DNA of 64,000 nt from Planctomycetota bacterium (GTDB taxonomy: Bacteria > Planctomycetota > PLA2 > JAEUHO01). The position numbers and the translations under genes were made by a program. Shown piece after piece: positions 49,740 to 58,655 of the stretch; the first letter of the stretch is position 1, and every line of letters begins with the position of its first letter. Location of the stretch: assembly GCA_965223505.1 (NCBI GenBank), contig CBDCWP010000007.1:32001-96000 (forward strand), read 5' to 3'. The notes below the pieces were generated by a model. The model did not search any database, was not told the DNA's origin, and saw only the letters and a list, made by a program, of their open reading frames with translations.

Positions 49740-49955
49740 ATGGCTGGCAAGGGTGGTCACAAGCATCGACGCGTGAAGCTCAATCGGAAGCGCATGCGCG
49801 CGGTGCAGAAGGCCAAGGAGAACATTGCGCGGGTGCGCAAGCAGTTCGAGGACCGTGGCCAGGCGTGGGATCCGCAGAACAACTCCGCGCAGATGGCAGC
49901 GCTGTCGCACGAAGGCCGGCGCGTGCTCGCGCGGACCACGTACGACCTGCTGTAG
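49740..49955 (+). CDS. Small basic protein (71 aa)
   Basis: RBS GAGGAG; K/R-rich N-terminus; host-like codon use. Confidence 0.7.
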   Translation: MAGKGGHKHRRVKLNRKRMRAVQKAKENIARVRKQFEDRGQAWDPQNNSAQMAALSHEGRRVLARTTYDLL

Positions 49956-50333
49956 TCGTAGCGTCTTGCGGCTCTCGGGCCTGAATCAGGGCTCCGGGGC
50001 TGTTCGTCCGGCGTACGCCTAACGCTCTGTCGGCGCCGCCGACACAGGATCCTTTGTTCCCGGGCGCCCCGTGGCAGACTCTGCAACCCATGGGAGGGAC
50101 CCCGGCCATCTCACGCGTTCACGCGCGCACCTGGAATTGGGTCGCGCTGCGTGGGTTGCGTAGCGACATGCACGTGATGGCGCGGCGCCTGGACCGCGTT
50201 GCGCGGCTGCTGCCACGAGACGATGCGCCCGACGCGGGGCACAGCCGCCGAGTGCGCGGCGACGTTCCCTTGCGCCTGCTTCCGTAGTTCAATCGAGAGC
50301 GTGGGCAAGCGGCATTTCGGTATCGGGCGCGAC

Positions 50334-50816
50334 ATGTTGGTGTCGCCGCTGCTGCTGGTGGGGATCGGCGTGGTCATCGTGCTGGCTCTTCTTGCTTCGA
50401 CGCTGATGCTCTCGTCGACGCCGACCGGTCCGACATTCGACGAGTCGATCGCGATGCTGCAGTCGATCGAGAAGCCGGAACGCGAGCGCGCCGTTCAGCG
50501 TCTTGTTGAGCTGCGCGACGTGGACGGGTTGATCGTGGCGCTGGGGCACGTCCATCGAAACGTGCGTGAGGGTGCGGCGACGGCGTTGGGCAGGCTCGGT
50601 CCCGACGCGGCGCCGGCGGTGCCGGCGTTGATCGAGGCGTTCGAGGATCCGGACGACTACGTGCGCTGGAAGGCGGCGGAGGCGTTGGGGGAGATCGGGC
50701 CGGCGGCGAAGGATGCGTTGCCGATGCTGGACGCGGCGGCGAACGCGAAGCAGATCGACGTGATCACGCAAGCGGCGGCGAGAAAGGCGGTGCAGCAGAT
50801 TCGGGGGGGACGATGA
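50334..50816 (+). CDS. Membrane-anchored HEAT-repeat protein
   Basis: N-terminal TM; VR..AA.ALG..GP.A..A.PAL twice. Confidence 0.75.
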   Translation: MLVSPLLLVGIGVVIVLALLASTLMLSSTPTGPTFDESIAMLQSIEKPERERAVQRLVELRDVDGLIVALGHVHRNVREGAATALGRLGPDAAPAVPALIEAFEDPDDYVRWKAAEALGEIGPAAKDALPMLDAAANAKQIDVITQAAARKAVQQIRGGR

Positions 50817-51163
50817 GCACGGCGTGCCCGGCTTGCGGATTCCAGACCTTCGACGAGGGCAACTACGGAACCTTCGGGATCTGCGACGTTTGCGGCTGGG
50901 AGGACGACGGCGTGCAACTGGCGAATCCGGCCTGTTGGGGCGGCGCCAACGCCGCATCGTTGATCGAGGCGCAGGCGGCGGCGTTGGCGGAGCATCCGTT
51001 GACCAAGATGGAGCTCGATGGCGTTTCGCGCGATCCGTTGTGGCGGCCGCTGAACCCGGCGGAGATCGTGGCGGCAAAGGCGGAGCGCGAGGCGAAGTAC
51101 TGGAAGAACAAGGCGGTCCTCGACATCAAGGACGCGTACTGGATTCGTGGACAGGAGTGTTGA
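50813..51163 (+). CDS. CPCC-type cysteine-rich protein
   Basis: CPACG..T......ICDVCGWEDDG.......GGAN..SL.EA. Confidence 0.8.
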   Translation: MSTACPACGFQTFDEGNYGTFGICDVCGWEDDGVQLANPACWGGANAASLIEAQAAALAEHPLTKMELDGVSRDPLWRPLNPAEIVAAKAEREAKYWKNKAVLDIKDAYWIRGQEC

Positions 51164-51234
51164 TGGGGCTCGGGCAGGCGGGCCGATAGCGCGGGACCTC
51201 GATCCCGCAAGCGCGATTCGCCCCCACTTCCCAC

Positions 51235-51259
51235 GGGCGACCACGAGGGTCGCCTCTAC
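51235..51259 (-). repeat. Single REP copy
   Basis: Reverse complement GTAGAGGCGACCCTCGTGGTCGCCC. Confidence 0.75.
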
Positions 51260-51262
51260 GTT

Positions 51263-52819
51263 CTACTCGTTGGGACCGAACGACTTCTCGAGCGTTCCCT
51301 TGAAGCCCTGCAGCGCGCAGCGCTGCATGTAGAACCCGCACCCGCGCAAGCCGCCCAGCTCCTCGCCGCCTCCCGCGCGACCGGGACCGCCGTGAATCAT
51401 CGCCGGCAACACCATCCCCGGCGGCAACGACTGCTCCGCCATCTTGTCACTGCCGACCCACAGGCGCCCGTGCCACGGCGCCATCTCCAGCACCGCCTGC
51501 TCCTGCCACGACGGATCGTTCGCGTACACGCTGCTCACCAGTCCACCCTGGCCCAACGCGACGATTCGCGCGGCGTCGGCCGCGTCACCGCTGTACGGCA
51601 ACACCGTCGCAACCGGACCGAACACCTCCTCCTCGTGGAAGACGTCCGCCCCCGCGTCGTTGGCCATCACCAACGTCGGCGCGACGAAGTACCCCCGGTC
51701 CGCGATCGGACCCGCGCCGCCCGTCACGATCGATCCCGCACCCGCGAGCTTCTCGATCCCCGCCCGTACGTCGCGCAGCTGCGCCGCGCTCGCCAGCGGA
51801 CCCATCGTCGTGTCCGCCGAAGACGGATCGCCCGTCGCAATCGCCTCGAGCTCGGCGACGAGCTCGTCGCGGACCCCGTTCACACGGTCCTGCGGCACCA
51901 GGATGCGGCGCACGGCCGTGCACTTCTGCCCCGTCTTCTGCCGCATGTCGAGCACGACGTTCTTGATGAACAGTCGATACGTCTCGCTGTCCGGATCCAC
52001 GTCCGGCGCGAGCACCGCCGCGTTCAGCGAGTCGGCCTCGACGTTGAACCGGACGCTGTTGCGCAGGATGTTCTCGTTCGACCGCAGCTTGAACGCCGTC
52101 CATGCCGACCCCGTGAAGGCCACGCTGTCCTGCGGGCCCAGACGATCGAGCAGATCTCCGGGCATCCCCGCGACGAACTGGAACGCGCCTTCCGGCAGGA
52201 TGCCGCTCTCGATCGCGATCTGCGCGATCCGCCATGCGACCAGCGCGGTGGGGGTGCCCGGCTTCTCGATGACCGGCACGCCCGCGAGCAACGCGCACGC
52301 CGCCTTCTCCATCATGTTCCATGCCGGAAAGTTGAACGCGTTGATGTGCACCGCCGCGCCGCGCAAGGGCGCCAGGATGTGCCGGCCCCAGAAACGCGCG
52401 GTGCGGCCGAGCTGGACGCCCTCGCCGTCCGTGAGGAAGTTGCGCTCTCCGACCGACTTCCCGAAGTAGGCGTAGGCCGCCAGCGTGCCCGTCGCGCCGT
52501 CGATGTCGAACTTCCCGTCCTTGCGCGTCGTCCCCGTATTGCTGACGGACAGGTCCAGCAACTCCTCCCGATGCTCGAAGATCACGCCCGAGAGCGCCTT
52601 CAGCATCTCGCCCCGGGAAGCGAAGGTCATCGCGCGCAGCGCCGGGCTCCCGACGGTGTGCGCGTGGGCGAGCACCGCGCCCCAGTCGATGCCGTCCGTG
52701 TTGCACTCGGCCATCTGCTCTTCAGTCGTGGCGTTGTGAAGCGGCGTGGGCTCGCCGGTGCCCGTGTGCCACGTGCCGGCCACGTAGCTCGTCAACGTCT
52801 GTGTCATCGTGGTGCTCAT
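51263..52819 (-). CDS. PaaZ/BoxD-type aldehyde dehydrogenase (no MaoC domain)
   Basis: INAFNFP, FTGS, EADSLN, GQKCTA.RR, HGGPGRAGGGEELGG. Confidence 0.85.
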   Translation of the reverse strand: MSTTMTQTLTSYVAGTWHTGTGEPTPLHNATTEEQMAECNTDGIDWGAVLAHAHTVGSPALRAMTFASRGEMLKALSGVIFEHREELLDLSVSNTGTTRKDGKFDIDGATGTLAAYAYFGKSVGERNFLTDGEGVQLGRTARFWGRHILAPLRGAAVHINAFNFPAWNMMEKAACALLAGVPVIEKPGTPTALVAWRIAQIAIESGILPEGAFQFVAGMPGDLLDRLGPQDSVAFTGSAWTAFKLRSNENILRNSVRFNVEADSLNAAVLAPDVDPDSETYRLFIKNVVLDMRQKTGQKCTAVRRILVPQDRVNGVRDELVAELEAIATGDPSSADTTMGPLASAAQLRDVRAGIEKLAGAGSIVTGGAGPIADRGYFVAPTLVMANDAGADVFHEEEVFGPVATVLPYSGDAADAARIVALGQGGLVSSVYANDPSWQEQAVLEMAPWHGRLWVGSDKMAEQSLPPGMVLPAMIHGGPGRAGGGEELGGLRGCGFYMQRCALQGFKGTLEKSFGPNE

Positions 52820-52902
52820 CCGGGAATCGCTCCGAGGTGGGGGGGCCTACTCTAGCGACCCCGGAGCCGCCGCCGCAGCCTTGGCCGACCCCGGGCGGAC
52901 CT

Positions 52903-54129
52903 ATGCTCGGGGTCGTGAACCGATCCGTCCTCCACGTCGACATGGACGCCTTCTTCGCGTCGATCGAGCAGCGCGATCGGCCCGTGCTGCGGGGCCTGCC
53001 CGTGCTCGTCGGCGGCGACGGGCCGCGCGGCGTCGTTGCGACCGCGTCCTACGAGGCGCGCAAGTTCGGCTGTCACTCGGCGCAACCCATCGCCGTCGCC
53101 AAGCGTCTGTGTCCCGAGGCCGTGATCGTGCGCCCGCGCGGGGGCGCGTACCGCGAAGCCTCCGAGAAGGTGTTCGAGATCTTTCACGAGTTCACGCCCC
53201 TGGTGCAGCCACTCAGCGTGGACGAGGCGTTCCTCGACGTCAGCGGGTGCGAGCGGCTGCACGGCCCGCCGCTTCAGATCGCGCGCGCGATCCAACAGCG
53301 GATCGCCGAACGTGTCGCGCTCACGGCGTCCATCGGGGTCGCGCCCAACAAGTTCCTCGCCAAGCTCGGCTCGGAGCTCGACAAGCCCGCCGGCATCACC
53401 GTCATCGACGCGTCCAACGTCGACACGATCCTGCCGCCGCTCTCGATCCGGGCGATTCCCGGCATCGGCCCTGCCGCGGAGAAGCGTCTCGAAGCGCTGG
53501 GCATCCGCAAGATCGCGGACGTGCGACAGATGGGCAAGCGGCGGCTCGTCGAGCGCCTCGGCGACCACGGCGCGCGCTTGTTCGAGCTCGCGCACGGACG
53601 CGACGGGCGCGCCGTCGTTCCGGACCGGCGTGCGAAGAGCATCAGTCAGGAGTGCACGTTTCCCGTCGACGTGGCGGATCCGGAGAACGTCTGGGACGTG
53701 CTGCGCGCCCACGTGGAGTCCGTCGCCCGGCGCCTGCGCCGCAGCGGCGTCAAGGGCGCGACCGCGACCGTGAAGATTCGCTACGGCGCCTTCGAGACGA
53801 TCACGCGTTCGCACACGCTCCCGGAGCCGACCGACGGCACGCGAGAGCTCATGCTGGCGGCTCGGAGGCTGTTCCGAACGTGGGCGCGTCGCGGGTTCGA
53901 GCCGGTGCGCCTCATCGGTTTCGGGGTGTCGCACTTTCGATCGGATCGCACCCGGCAGCTGGGGCTGTTTCCCGACGCGGTGCGCGAGCGCGACGGTCGC
54001 CTCGACCGGGCGCTGGACGACATCCAGGAGCGCTTCGGCGGCAGGGCGATCGGGCGCGGGACCCGCCGGCACTCGACGCGCCGGCTCGACGAGGGCGCCG
54101 AACGCGAGGTCGATCGACCCTCTTCGTAG
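52903..54129 (+). CDS. dinB: DNA polymerase IV
   Basis: HVDMDAFFASIEQ, SYEAR, SVDEAFLD, NKFLAK. Confidence 0.93.
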   Translation: MLGVVNRSVLHVDMDAFFASIEQRDRPVLRGLPVLVGGDGPRGVVATASYEARKFGCHSAQPIAVAKRLCPEAVIVRPRGGAYREASEKVFEIFHEFTPLVQPLSVDEAFLDVSGCERLHGPPLQIARAIQQRIAERVALTASIGVAPNKFLAKLGSELDKPAGITVIDASNVDTILPPLSIRAIPGIGPAAEKRLEALGIRKIADVRQMGKRRLVERLGDHGARLFELAHGRDGRAVVPDRRAKSISQECTFPVDVADPENVWDVLRAHVESVARRLRRSGVKGATATVKIRYGAFETITRSHTLPEPTDGTRELMLAARRLFRTWARRGFEPVRLIGFGVSHFRSDRTRQLGLFPDAVRERDGRLDRALDDIQERFGGRAIGRGTRRHSTRRLDEGAEREVDRPSS

Positions 54130-54185
54130 TTCGGCGGGTTCGGTGAGCGTTCGCCGTCGGTCTCCGCCCCAGGTACGCTCCCGGC

Positions 54186-55577
54186 ATGAGCGACGTGGCG
54201 TTCCTTCGCGGACTTCTGGCTTTCCAGAGCCTGACCGAGGAGGACGCGGAGCGTCTGCTGGCGAGCAGCCGCAAGGAGACGTTTCCCCCCGACACCAAGA
54301 TCCTCCAGTTCGGAGAGTCGGGGGACACGATGTACGTCATCGTGGAGGGAGAGGTGGAGGTCAGCGTCCCCGATCAGAAGGGGCGGGCGACCTTCCGGGT
54401 GTTTCTCGACCGCGGCTGCATCTTCGGCGAGATGGCGCTGCTGACCGGCGATCCGCGCAACGCCGACGTGATGGTGCACGGCGACCGGCCGTGCGTGTGC
54501 CTCGTCCTCGAGAAGGCCGCGGTGCTGTCGCTGATCGCGGAGCACCACGACATCGCGCAGTTCCTGACCGAGATCTTGGACAAGCGCCTGCGCGGGGCCG
54601 ACTCGGTGCAGCGCATCGGCCGGTACCAGGTGTTGTCCGTGCTGGGGCGCGGCGGGATGGCGACGGTCTTCGAGGCCTTCCATCCGATCCTGCACCAGAC
54701 CGTCGCGATCAAGCTGCTCGCGCATCGGCTCGTCCACCAGCCCGGCTTCTCGGCGCAGTTCCAGGAAGAGGCGAAGCTCATGGCGTCGCTTCGCCATCCC
54801 AACATCGTGCGCGTCTACGACGCGGCGGCGGGGTACGGCACCTACTACATCGTGATGGAGCGCCTCGACGGGGACGACCTCGACAATCTCGTCAAGTTGC
54901 AGGGGCCCATGGGCATCGGCCAGGCGCGGCGCGCGCTGCTGGCCGCGTGCCGCGCGCTTCATTACGCACATGAACGGGGTGTCGTGCATCGCGACGTCAA
55001 GCCGGCCAACATGTTCCGCGAGGCCAACGGTCACATGAAGCTCGTGGACTTCGGCGTTGCCGCCGCCGGCGTCGTCAGCCGGTGCAATCCCGACCTCCCG
55101 ATTCTCGGCTCGCCGGAGTATGCCGCGCCCGAGCTGTTGCAGGGGCAGCCCGTCGATCGCCGCGCGGACATCTACTCGCTCGGCATCACGGCGTTCCATC
55201 TGCTCACCGGCAAGCTCCCGTTTCCGGCCGCGCCGATCACCGAAGCGATCGCGGCGCAGATCGGGCACGACCTTCCGGATCCGCGCGCGCTGCGTCCCGA
55301 GCTGCCGGACGACTTGCTCACGTTCATCACCCGCGCGACGGCGAAGGATGCCGCCGAGCGCTTCCAGACCTGCGTCGAGGCGGAGAAAGTCCTTCTGGAG
55401 GGGCTGCGCGGCGACGATACCGGCCAGCTCAGGGCCCGCAGCGTGAAGCTGTTCTTCGAGAAGGGCGACGAGGAGCACGCGGACTTCGTTTGCGAGCGCA
55501 TTCGCGAGATCGTGGACGAGACCGCGCGTGTCACCGCGGACATGGACGGCGCGGATTCCGTGAGTCCCGACGAATGA
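54186..55577 (+). CDS. cNMP-binding domain + Ser/Thr protein kinase
   Basis: FGEMAL....R.A; GRGGMA, AIK, HRDVKPAN, DFG, APE. Confidence 0.9.
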   Translation: MSDVAFLRGLLAFQSLTEEDAERLLASSRKETFPPDTKILQFGESGDTMYVIVEGEVEVSVPDQKGRATFRVFLDRGCIFGEMALLTGDPRNADVMVHGDRPCVCLVLEKAAVLSLIAEHHDIAQFLTEILDKRLRGADSVQRIGRYQVLSVLGRGGMATVFEAFHPILHQTVAIKLLAHRLVHQPGFSAQFQEEAKLMASLRHPNIVRVYDAAAGYGTYYIVMERLDGDDLDNLVKLQGPMGIGQARRALLAACRALHYAHERGVVHRDVKPANMFREANGHMKLVDFGVAAAGVVSRCNPDLPILGSPEYAAPELLQGQPVDRRADIYSLGITAFHLLTGKLPFPAAPITEAIAAQIGHDLPDPRALRPELPDDLLTFITRATAKDAAERFQTCVEAEKVLLEGLRGDDTGQLRARSVKLFFEKGDEEHADFVCERIREIVDETARVTADMDGADSVSPDE

Positions 55578-55651
55578 GAATCGCGCTCAGAGAGAGCTTT
55601 CCGTCGACTCGCGTCGCGCTACCCGCCGGACCACGAGGGGTTCCAACACAC

Positions 55652-56689
55652 ATGAGACTCGCCACCGTTCTGTTCCTGTTGCTCCTGTTCCCCGGCCTTC
55701 CGGCGATTGCCGAAGAAGGCGACGAAGAGGAGAAGCCCAAGGGCGAAGAGGGGGAGCGGCCGGGCGGTCCCGGCGGCCGGCGCGGCGGTCCGGGCGCGGG
55801 GCGCGGCGGCATGGGCCGCGGCGGCTCGATGTGGGACCGCGTTCGTCGCTTCGACAAGGACGGCGACGGCAAGGTCACGGCCGAGGAATTCACGGGCCCG
55901 CAGCGCTTCTTCGACCGGATGGACACCGACGGCGACGGCTGCATCACCAAGGACGAGGCCGAGGCGATGCGCGGCGGCCGCGGTCAGGGCGGCGGTGGCC
56001 GCGCGGGCGGTCTGAGCCCCACTGCGATCGACACCGACAAGGACGGCAAGGTCTCGCAGGCCGAGTGGACGGCGTGGTTCGAGAAGGCCGACAAGAACGG
56101 CGACGGCGAGGTGGACACCCACGAGTGGGCCGCGGCCTCGACGGGGCGGGCGCTTCGCGATCCCGCGCCGAAGGTCGGCGACGCCGCGCCCAAGGTCGAA
56201 GTCGAGTCGCTGAAGACCCGCAAGCTCGTCGACTTGAGCGCGCCGAAGCGCACCACGGTGCTGATCTTCGGCTCCCACACCTGAGGGCCGTTCACGAAGC
56301 AGGCGGATCGTCTGCAATCGGTCTACGAGGCATACAAGGACAAGGCCGATTTCTATCTCGTCTACATCCGTGAAGCGCACGCGAGCGACGGCTGGCGACC
56401 TGCCTCGCACGTCGACATTCCGCAGCCGACGTCGTTCGACGAGCGCTCGGGCGTTGCGGGCAGCTGCTCCGAGGCGCTGAAGCTCACGATGGAGTTCCTC
56501 GTCGACGACATGAAGGACACGGTCGCCAAGGCGTACAACGCCCATCCCGACCGGTTGTTCATCCTCGGCGCGGATGCCAAGGTCGCGTACCGCGGCGACC
56601 GTGGTCCGCGCGGCTTCAAGGTCGACGAGATGGAAGCCGCGTTGAAGAAGATCGTCGCGGCGTCCGAGACGACCGAGTCGAACGGCTAG
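55652..56689 (+). CDS. Secreted EF-hand + iodothyronine-deiodinase-like selenoprotein (Sec at TGA 56282-56284)
   Basis: Four EF-hand loops; FGSHT-TGA-GPF then in-frame YLVYIREAHASDGW, VDDM...V..AY.AHPDRLF, G.RGP.GF to TAG 56689. Confidence 0.88.
56299..56315 (+). promoter_or_regulatory. Candidate bacterial SECIS hairpin
   Basis: GCAGGCG-GAT-CGTCTGC stem-loop starting 14 nt after the UGA; G at the start of the loop. Confidence 0.6.
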
Positions 56690-57026
56690 GTAGGGGGGTG
56701 ACCCTCGTGGTCGCCCAACCGTTCGTCGATCGTGCACGGAGGCATGGCCGGTTGGGCAGCCACAAGGGCTGCCCCTACATGCGATTCGTCACGTGATCGT
56801 GCACGACACCTGTAGGGGGGGGGACGACCCTCGTGGTCGCCCACCGTTCGTCGATCAGGCACGGAGGCATGGCCGGTTGGGCAGCCACAAGGGCTGCCCC
56901 TACATGCGATTCGTCACGTGATCGTGCACGACACCTGTAGGGGGGGACGACCCTAGTGGTCGCCCACCGTTCGTCGATCAGGCACGGAGGCATGACCAGT
57001 TGGGCAGCCACAAGGGCTGCCCCTAC
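56690..57026. repeat. Tandem array of three REP doublets (BIME/REPIN-like), period 122-125 bp
   Basis: Units start with GTAG at 56690, 56812, 56937; each ends GGGCAGCCACAAGGGCTGCCCCTAC; identical linkers. Confidence 0.9.
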
Positions 57027-57027
57027 G

Positions 57028-57933
57028 CTACAGCCAATCCCGCGGCCGCAGGAACTCCGCGTACAGCCGCGCCTCCTCGGAGCCTTTCTCCGGCGACCAG
57101 TCGTAGCGCCACGTCGCGACCGGGGGAAGCGACGCCAGGATCGACTCCGTGCGGCCGCCTGACTGCAGCCCGTAGCGCGTCCCGCGGTCGTAGAGCAGGT
57201 TGAACTCGACGTAGCGGCCGCGGCGGTACGCCTGGAACGCGCGTTCGCGCTCGCCGTACCGCGCGTCCTTGCGACGCCGCAGGATCGGCAGGTAGGCCGG
57301 CAGAAACGCGTCGCCGACGCTTCGCCAGTAGGCGAACGATCTGTCGAACCCGCCTTCGGTGAAGTCGTCGAAGAACAACCCACCGATGCCGCGCGGTTCG
57401 TCGCGGTGGGGCAGGAAGAAGTACTCGTCGCAAGCGCGCTTGTGGCGCGCGTAGAGATCCTCGCCGAACGACGCACAGGCTTCGTGGGCCGTTCGATGCC
57501 AGTGCCGCGCATCTTCCTCGAAGCCGTAGTACGGCGTGAGGTCGAACCCGCCGCCGAACCACCAGTCGTCGACGGCGCCGTCACCGATGAGGAACGCGCG
57601 GAAGTTGGCGTGGGTCGTCGGCGCGAAGGGGTTGCGCGGATGCACGATGACGGAGACCGACAGCGCCTGGAAGGGCTTGCCCGCCAGCTTCGGCCTGCGC
57701 GCCGTCGCGGCCGGCGCCAGCGACGCGCCGAGCGCATGGGAGAAGTTCACTGCGGCGCGTTCGAGAACGTCACCGCCGCTCAGGATGCGCGGGCGCGCGA
57801 ATCCGCCGCGCTCTCCCGGCAGCTCGTCGCGCCGAAACGCGGCCGAGGGCTCTTCCTCCTCGAGGGCCGCGCAGACACGGTCCTGAAGATCCAGCAGGTA
57901 CTCGCGAATGGCGTCCGGGTCGGGCGCGGTCAT
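57028..57933 (-). CDS. hemF: Oxygen-dependent coproporphyrinogen III oxidase
   Basis: [47 protein letters not shown]. Confidence 0.95.
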   Translation of the reverse strand: MTAPDPDAIREYLLDLQDRVCAALEEEEPSAAFRRDELPGERGGFARPRILSGGDVLERAAVNFSHALGASLAPAATARRPKLAGKPFQALSVSVIVHPRNPFAPTTHANFRAFLIGDGAVDDWWFGGGFDLTPYYGFEEDARHWHRTAHEACASFGEDLYARHKRACDEYFFLPHRDEPRGIGGLFFDDFTEGGFDRSFAYWRSVGDAFLPAYLPILRRRKDARYGERERAFQAYRRGRYVEFNLLYDRGTRYGLQSGGRTESILASLPPVATWRYDWSPEKGSEEARLYAEFLRPRDWL

Positions 57934-58619
57934 GCCGGGGATTGTCCCGAGAGCTTCGCTCGCAACCAAGCGCCGATGCGTTGCAGCTCCTCGCCGCAGA
58001 CCTCGTGCTGCATGGGATACGCGTGCCACTCGACGTCGTAGCCGGCGGCCCGCAGCGCCTGGCACGTGCTCTCTCCGCGCTCGAACACGACCATCGGGTC
58101 GAAGTGCCCGTGGCACTGCAGGATCGGGATCGAGAGGTTCGCGTCGGAGCGTTCGCTCTCGAGCGTCTCTCCGGCGACCAGGTAGGTCGAGAGCGCCACG
58201 ATCCCGGCCAGCGGCTCCAGGTGCCGCAGCCCGAGGTGAAGCGCAACCGCGCCGCCCTGCGAGAAACCGGCGAGCACGATGCGCCGCGCATCGATGCCGT
58301 TCGCGCGCTCGCGCGCCACCAGCTTTTCCACCGCGGCGGCGGATGCGCGCAGTCCGGACTCGTCGTGACGGTTGGCGAGGTCCTCGTCGCGGATGTCGTA
58401 CCAGGCCGGCATCACGAAACCGGCGTTGAGCGTGACCGGGATCGACGGCGCGGTCGGGAAGACGAACCGCACGGTGTGATCGGCCGGCAGTCCCAAGTAG
58501 GGCAGCGCAGGCACGAAGTCGTTGCCGTCCGCTCCCAGTCCGTGCAGCCAGATCACGGTCGCGTCGGCGGCGGCCGGCGGATCGACCTCCACACACGGCA
58601 GCAGGCTCGTGTCGTTCAT
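57930..58619 (-). CDS. Phospholipase/carboxylesterase (alpha/beta hydrolase)
   Basis: HGLGADG, AWYDI, GFSQGG, HG..D, H. Confidence 0.9.
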   Translation of the reverse strand: MNDTSLLPCVEVDPPAAADATVIWLHGLGADGNDFVPALPYLGLPADHTVRFVFPTAPSIPVTLNAGFVMPAWYDIRDEDLANRHDESGLRASAAAVEKLVARERANGIDARRIVLAGFSQGGAVALHLGLRHLEPLAGIVALSTYLVAGETLESERSDANLSIPILQCHGHFDPMVVFERGESTCQALRAAGYDVEWHAYPMQHEVCGEELQRIGAWLRAKLSGQSPA

Positions 58620-58655
58620 CGGCGCAACGGTACGGGAACCACTAGACTGAGCGGC

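Noticed and set aside
49965..50130. 6S RNA, SRP RNA or a known riboswitch
   Set aside because: Diagnostic conserved motifs were not found by eye; kept only as an unassigned candidate
56690..57026. Possible CRISPR array
   Set aside because: Intervening sequences are near-identical rather than unique spacers, units are GTAG palindromic REPs, and no cas genes are present
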